The notes under the pieces are model-generated. The model had not been told where the DNA came from. It did not search any database and saw nothing but the letters and a program-made list of their open reading frames with translations. Made by a program: the position numbers and the translations under genes. From Octopus vulgaris (Eukaryota): 64,000 bases of DNA. Of the stretch, positions 55,935 through 64,000 are shown in pieces; position 1 is the stretch's first letter, and every line of letters begins with the position of its first letter. Location: NCBI GenBank assembly GCA_951406725.2, contig OX597832.1, positions 61,318,001-61,382,000 of the forward strand. The letters run 5' to 3'.

Positions 55935-56972
55935 GTAGTTTTATTTTTATAGCGTGCTTTCACTTCACTACCGAGCGCAGCTCTGTGTGCCTTGGGTATG
56001 TGCTGTGATTTGTTGTGATGCTCTGATGGTTATTGTATGGAAAGTGTTCTACGTAGGATGTGTGCAGTGCCTAGTAGTGCAATTTTCTGTATGTTATATG
56101 TGTTTGTAAGTCCTGGTGTTTTTGTTATGTATTTGTCTGAATATGTTTTTATCATGCCTAATGCACCTACTATGATAGGAATTGTTTCTGTTTTCAGGTT
56201 CCACATTCTAGTTATCTCTATTTCCAGGTCTTTGTATTTTGAGAGTTTCTCCATTTCTTTTAGAGACACGTTGTCATCTGCCGGTATTGATACATCAATT
56301 AGAAAGCATTTTTTTTCTTCATGATCTCTGACAACTATATCTGGTCTGTTGGCCTTAATTTCTCTATCTGTGTGTATCGGCATATCCCAGAGTATGGTTG
56401 CTTTCTCGTTTTCTGTGACCTTTTCTGGTGTGTGCCTATACCATCTTTTTTCTGTTGTTATTCCATAATGTTGGCATAGCTTCCAATGTCTGTAGGTTCC
56501 AACTCTGTCATGTCTGTGAATATATTCCTTCTTAGCCAGGACTGGGCAGCTAGAGATAATATGATTTATTGTTTCTTGTCCATCTCCACATATTCTGCAG
56601 TTACTTGTAATATTTCTTTTCATTACATGTTTTTGGTAATTTCTGGTGGGGAGGCTTTGGTCTTGTGCTGCAATTAAAAATCCCTCTGTTTCTGCTTTGA
56701 GTCCTGAGCTTCTCAACCATTGCTGGGATTTTTCTTTGTCTATTTCTTTTGCGTTTAGTTTAGTGCAGTATTTACCATGAAGGGGCTTTTCTTGCCATCG
56801 TTTTGTCATGGCTCGTTGCTGTTCTATTTTTAGTTTGGATTTCATTTGTTTTATAGCTTTTGTTGTTTCTTCATCATCTTCTTCTTCTTCTTTGTGTTTA
56901 TTAGGTGGTATGATTTCTTGTTTGTATTTGTCAGCTTCCTTAAATACTGAGAACAGTTTTTTGTTTTGCTCG

Positions 56973-56975
<3 letters not shown>
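55935..56975 (-). mobile_element. young 5'-truncated R4/Dong-like non-LTR retrotransposon in (TAA)n
   Basis: Open frame up to the stop at 56030, ~95-bp 3' UTR, (ATT)n both sides. Confidence 0.93.
56030..56845 (-). CDS. C-terminal part of LINE ORF: CCHC zinc knuckle plus restriction-like endonuclease
   Basis: CRICGDGQETINHIISSC, RHD, RPDIVV...LIDVSIP...EKLSKYKDL; no RT domain, and the annotated start is not a true start. Confidence 0.88.
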   Translation of the reverse strand: MKSKLKIEQQRAMTKRWQEKPLHGKYCTKLNAKEIDKEKSQQWLRSSGLKAETEGFLIAAQDQSLPTRNYQKHVMKRNITSNCRICGDGQETINHIISSCPVLAKKEYIHRHDRVGTYRHWKLCQHYGITTEKRWYRHTPEKVTENEKATILWDMPIHTDREIKANRPDIVVRDHEEKKCFLIDVSIPADDNVSLKEMEKLSKYKDLEIEITRMWNLKTETIPIIVGALGMIKTYSDKYITKTPGLTNTYNIQKIALLGTAHILRRTLSIQ

Positions 56976-57039
<64 letters not shown>

Positions 57040-57042
<3 letters not shown>

Positions 57043-57448
57043 TTGTCGTCGTCGTTGATGTTCTACTTCTTCTTCTCCTTCCTCTTCTTCTTCGTCCTCT
57101 TCTTCTTCTTCGTCCTCTTCTTCTTCCTCTTCTTCTTCTTCCTCCCCTTCTTCTTCTTCTTCTTTCTTCTTCCTATTCTTCCTCTTCTTCTTCTTCCTCC
57201 CCTTCCTCTTCTTCTTCTTCTTCCTCCCCTTCCCCTTCTTCTTCTTCCTCCCCTTCCTCTTCTTCTTCCTCCCCTTCCCCTTCTACTTCTTACTCCCCTT
57301 CCTCTTCTTCTTCTTCTTCTTCCTCACCTTCCCCTTCTTCTTCTTCCTCTCCTTCCTCTTCTTCTTCTCCTTCTTTTTCTTCTTCTTCTTCTTCTTCTTC
57401 TTCTTCTTCTTCTTCTTCTTCTTCTTCTTCTTCTTCTTCTTCTTCTTC
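57040..57448. repeat. (CTT/CCT)n microsatellite
   Basis: Directly visible. Confidence 0.95.
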
Positions 57449-57466
57449 AGACCAAAAGCATCGGAT

Positions 57467-57732
57467 TGTTAAGTTACATATTGTTTTCTTCATTTCCGTT
57501 TTTGCGTTCGAGTACTGTCGGAGTGAACTTCAATTTGTACTCATCTGAGGTGAATAAAATCTACAGCAGTCATAGAATTCTTCGTCACCTGAATCAACCA
57601 AGTGATTTGCATCTTCTCTGGCAAATTGATGACTTGGTGCCAGTGTAGGAAATCAAAGTTAATATCACACTCTGTAGACTTTTGAATTTCAGATTCATTC
57701 GATAAACGAAGAATATTGGTTCTCTTATGTGC

Positions 57733-57777
<45 letters not shown>

Positions 57778-59173
57778 GCCTAAATGTTGATTAGATCTGA
57801 AACACCGTGTTTGTCATCGTGGTACGCTATGTGTGAGTAACTGACCGAACTTTTCACGTTGATTTGTTTGTTTGTATTTTATAAGCGAATCTCAATAATG
57901 AAGTACAAGCAAAAAAATACAAAAAATACAAAAAAAGAGCTGAAATATAAAAAAAACAATAACAAAAATTAAAAACAAAACAACATAAAAACTAAAAATG
58001 AAATGGAAGAAAATAAATGTTAATAAGTCAAACAAAAATTTATATATCTTTCTTTTTTTTTCTTGTATTTTGGCGATAAATAAAATAAAATAAAATCAAC
58101 GAAATTTAAAAGTGAAATTGAATTCAGAAATATAAACTGAGAATAAAAACAAATAAAAGTGGAAAACAAATACAAACAAACAAATATATTGTTTATTTTT
58201 GTCTGAAATTTAGAATGATTTGATTTATTTAGTTACATCCCATTCATTAAGTTACATCAGAGCTGGAATAAAAATCAGAAAAACGAAGAGTTTCGTTGAA
58301 ACTAATATCGAAGGATCGTAGATGTGTCTGCTACATATTCTCTCCTGTGTCTGTAACTGTGTTTAGTCTTGTTATGTTGATTGCTAACCGTCGTCTGAAC
58401 CCGAATTACTGGAAGATCATGTGACCAGAAAGAAGGTGATTGCGGTTTCAAATCTTCTTAGGTTCTCTTCGGGCTTTGTTTCACTCTGACCACGGCCGTT
58501 TTTGCAATGTTCTATCCTGCGTCGATAAATGCTTTTGAATTGTCTGGTCTTGATTTCTAACCATTGTTGCAATCCAAAATATTGAAGGCCTTCCTGATTG
58601 GGGTGAAACTTCGTGGCCTGGAGGTTAGAGCGTTGCACTCGCGGTTTCGACTCCCGGATCGAACAGTGCGTGATGTTCTTGAGCAAGACTCTTCATTTAA
58701 CATTGCCCCTTGACTATAGAGGAGTAAACTCCGAGACAGACCGACATCCTGCTTAGATCGTTTGTTGCGACTTCGGTCTTTTATACACCATGTAAACAGT
58801 GTAACCGATTCTATAAGTCCCAGAAGATGCGATAGAACTTTACTTTTCGACATGTGATCGGGAAGAAGATTGTTTTAGTTTCAAGTCTTTTAAAGTCCAA
58901 ACCAAGCTTAATTGAGCTATCACCACGCTATTCAAACCACGTTATAAATACGACATTTTAGATTTAATAATCTTATTGATGATTTTTGATGGTTCGTTTA
59001 TAGATGAGTACAGTGTGATATTAACTTTGATTTCTTAATTGGCACCAAGTTACCAAATTGCAAGAGCAGATGCGATGCTCTAGATTTTATTGAACTCTGT
59101 TGAGTACAAATTAAAGTTCGCTCCAGCGGTATTTAAACGCAAAAGAGAAAGAAAACCATGACGTAAGTAAACA
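57467..59173. repeat. diverged inverted repeat pair (57467-57710 and 58993-59173)
   Basis: Shared AGTGTGATATTAACTTTGATTTC, TGGCACCAAGT, TAGATTTTATT and TGAGTACAAATT in opposite orientation. Confidence 0.85.
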
Positions 59174-59679
59174 TAAGTGAACTATGATGTTGTTGGTGGT
59201 GGTGGTGGTGGGGATTTTGGTGATGGTGATGACTGCGTAGCTGATGATGGTGGCGACAACGACGACGATGACGATGATGATGATGATGTCGATGGTGAGG
59301 GTGACGATGACGACGATCATGATAATGAAAATGTTGACTATGTTGATGGTGATGTTGATGGTGATGATGATGACGACGATCATGATGATAATATGATGGT
59401 GATGGTGATGTTGACGACAATGACGACAACGACGTCGACGACGGCGGTTGTGGTGGTGGTGGTGATGATGATTATGATGATTATGATGGTGGTGGTGGTG
59501 GTGTTGGTGCTGGTGGTGTTGGCGGTGATAGTAATAAAGAAAAATAATTCTATTCTGCGCCTAAGAGGGAATGTTACCTTCTGTATTTTGTTCCTCGGTA
59601 CAAAACATGCGAACGATAGTGAAAAATGAATAAATAAATAAATAAATGAAATAAAGGGTCAACGAAGGAGCGCCTGCCT

Positions 59680-60020
59680 GGTCATCGTATCCGCTAGAAA
59701 TAGCAGTTACAGCCCATTCAGATACCACACTATCACAGCATCTGAACGATCGACAGGACGAACCATCAAGAGAACCACAATGTAGTCATTGGAACTGCTA
59801 AAGATAACCGCAAGATCCCCCTCAGAATACACTCTATCAATGTCTGTACAATAGGCAAGAGGAACCAAGAAAAACAATATTTGGTCATTTGATCTGTTAT
59901 AAACAATAGTCAAATGCCTTTCAAATTACACCCTATTACAACATCACAACGATAAGTAAGACAAGTCAAGGAGAGAAACGTTACGTGGTCACCAGCTCCG
60001 CTAGAAATACCAGTCAAGTG
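59680..60020 (+). repeat. degenerate tandem array, ~100-bp period, 4 units
   Basis: Units starting (G/A)GTCA at 59680, 59784, 59883 and 59987, each followed by a GCTAGAAATAGCAG-like motif. Confidence 0.6.
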
Positions 60021-60024
60021 ACAC

Positions 60025-60455
<431 letters not shown>

Positions 60456-61026
60456 TGCTAACCATTCTGTCAGATCGCTGCCTTATCTCGCATTAATTGT
60501 TACATACCTGTATAGACCAAAACCAAGTATCTAACAAAATCACAAGAATATGAAAATCACATATCGTTTGAAACCTGGAACTTAGATTCCTGCGAGCAAG
60601 AAGTGTATGCTTGTGTACGGTTCCGATAGAGGGACACTAACATGAACCCCCCCCCCCCGAAAAAAAAACAAAACAAAACAGAGTTCTATGACTATTAGAT
60701 TATTGAGAGTCACTTTATTCCAGATGCAACGGAAGAGAATGAAATCCAATAACAATCTTTATAGCAGGCGATTTCCAGAAGGGTTAAGGCTTGTTTGTAA
60801 CAGTTGGAGACGCAAAAATAAACTTGTACGATCAGTTGCTGTCATGGAATTCTACTCGAGGTAAAACGTCGAGATTAAGACTTCGCTTTACGTACATCGA
60901 CCATCTGTTATACGTTACTGTAATGCGACTGGAAAATCTGTCCGCTGAGTGAAAGTTGCATGAGGGGAGCATCCGGGAATTCTTATAGAACTCTCTCCCT
61001 CACATACATGCATACATACAAATACA

Positions 61027-61087
<61 letters not shown>

Positions 61088-62029
61088 TATATATAATTGT
61101 GTATAAGTGTGTATATGTGTGTATACATATGTGTATGTGTGTGCATATGTATACGTACATACATATATCTCTCTGTCTATCTATCTATCTATCTGCATGT
61201 ATGTGCATATATATATATATATTTACACCAATGTATGTACATTATACATATACATGCGTAAAATATGTAAATATATACACACAACCACACACAAAAACAC
61301 ACGTATATGTATATGTGTTTGTGCCAGTGTTTATGTATGTTATACACATAAGAACATATATGCACGTATGTATGTATGTATTTATGTATGTATGTATGTT
61401 TGTATGTATGTATGTATGTATGTATGTATGTATGTATGTATGTAGGTGCATTCAGGCAAGATGCAGAAAAATCACGTCAAAATGCCAGGACTACCATCGA
61501 TCACCGCGAGAATAACAGCAAGTAAACAACTACAACTACGATGATGACGACGATGATTATGATGATGATGATGAGGAGGAGGAGGAGGAGGAGGTGGTGG
61601 TGTTGGTGGAGGAGAGGAAAGACGTAAATGGGACGAAGTACAACGGAAACATCTATGACGATAATGATGATGATGATGTTGATGATGATGATGAGGAGGA
61701 CGAGGAGAAAGTGGAGGAAGTGTAAGGTAGAAGGTGGTGGTGGTGTAGGTGGAAGATGAAAAAGGGAGGAGTACAAGAAAAAAAAACAGCGATGACGATG
61801 GTGTTGAGGATGATATTGATGATGATGATGATGATGATGATGATGTTGATGATGATTACAACGATGAGGATGACGAATGGACAATGAGGAGGACAATGAA
61901 AACGGAGAGAAGTACGGCAAGGACAATGAAGTCGACGAAGACGACGACGACAACGACAATGATGACGACGATGATGATGATGTTGATGCTGCAGAAAAGG
62001 AGGCGAAATAAATAGAGGAATACCAGAAC

Positions 62030-62720
<691 letters not shown>

Positions 62721-62967
62721 GCGACGAAAGCGGAAGCGACGATGTGGAGGATGATAGAAACGATGAGGGGCTATGGTGTTGTTTTTAAATAATCTACAGA
62801 ATCGAGAATAGAAACAATACTTGAAGTCAACCAATCAAAAATCTTCTTCGCTCCTTCTCCGTTTCATGCTTAGCAAAACAAAAACAATGGCAAGAGGAAA
62901 CGCAACCGAACAATAATTAAAATCTCGTTATATACACATATGGACGGACGTACCTACTACGTATGTC

Positions 62968-63080
<113 letters not shown>

Positions 63081-63420
63081 CATAAATATATATATGTATA
63101 TATGTAAGTATATATATGTATATGTGTATGTGTATGTATATATATGCATATATATGTGTGTATATATATATATATATGTGTGTATATGTGTATATGTGTA
63201 TATATATGTGTGTATAGATATATATATATGTATTTGTGTACATGTGTATATATATACGTATGCATATATATGTGTGCGTGTGTATATATATATATATGTA
63301 TATATACATGTGCGTATATATATATGTATATATATATGTGTATATATATATGTATATACACAGATACATACACACACACACATCTATATACATACATACA
63401 TACATATAAATACGTACGCT

Positions 63421-63465
<45 letters not shown>

Positions 63466-63586
63466 GCTCATATACACGTGTGTGTTTATGATTATAGAGT
63501 CGATAGTTTTAGGCAACCAGAAATAAACCAAAGCAATAGCGTCCAACTAACGTTAATATCTCTCCTCTCTAGTTATTACAACAGCA

Positions 63587-63678
<92 letters not shown>

Positions 63679-63692
63679 CACTGCTGCCGATA

Positions 63693-63730
<38 letters not shown>

Positions 63731-63810
63731 TATTATTATTCTACTTCTGCTGCTTCTTGCACGTAACTGCGTGGCATTTTCCCTTGGTATCAATGCCAAA
63801 TGTTAATATT

Positions 63811-63860
<50 letters not shown>

Positions 63861-64000
63861 CTTTGATACTTCGATAGGGTTCTACCAGTATCGGCAGAGG
63901 CCATGTCTAACGTATATTCATATATATATACATACGTGATGCCTGTATGTACATGTATATATGTATGTATACAAACACAAAAACGCACATTCACACACAC

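Noticed and set aside
59004-59168. Apparent exon (AG acceptor, GTAAGT donor, short Cys-containing frame)
   Set aside because: Stops in all frames; the inverted paralogue does not keep the frame or the donor
59680-60020. CRISPR-like repeat-spacer array
   Set aside because: Eukaryotic context, highly degenerate repeats, no cas genes
60840-60862. TGTCATGGAATT resembling miR-281
   Set aside because: The 3' half diverges and no precursor stem is visible
61454-61475. AGGCAAGATGC resembling the miR-31 5' end
   Set aside because: Only 11 nt match and there is no hairpin

Overview
AT-rich, microsatellite-dense, non-coding eukaryotic DNA (intergenic or large-intron). Its repeat content looks like an octopus (coleoid cephalopod) genome; this assignment is an inference from the repeat types. 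I could not support any host protein-coding exon: almost all listed ORFs are translated microsatellites. The real content is three families of tRNA-like SINEs, R4/Dong-like restriction-endonuclease LINE fragments sitting in (TAA)n tracts (one with an intact 271-aa C-terminal frame), a decayed Tc1 with both TIRs, mariner relics, Penelope-like RT and GIY-YIG relics, a Helitron-like element and a MITE. The main unexpected signal is a set of type I hammerhead ribozyme folds from at least four unrelated repeat families: a near-canonical GUC hammerhead (52186-52230), an extended one inside a 471-bp partial tandem (5626-5699), an A6U variant present twice (8745, 27308) and a G3:C8 compensatory core variant carried in a 131-bp insertion with a perfect 16-bp TSD (24017-24147). 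Several long inverted repeats able to form dsRNA are also present. All alignments and folds were done by eye, and repeat boundaries are approximate.
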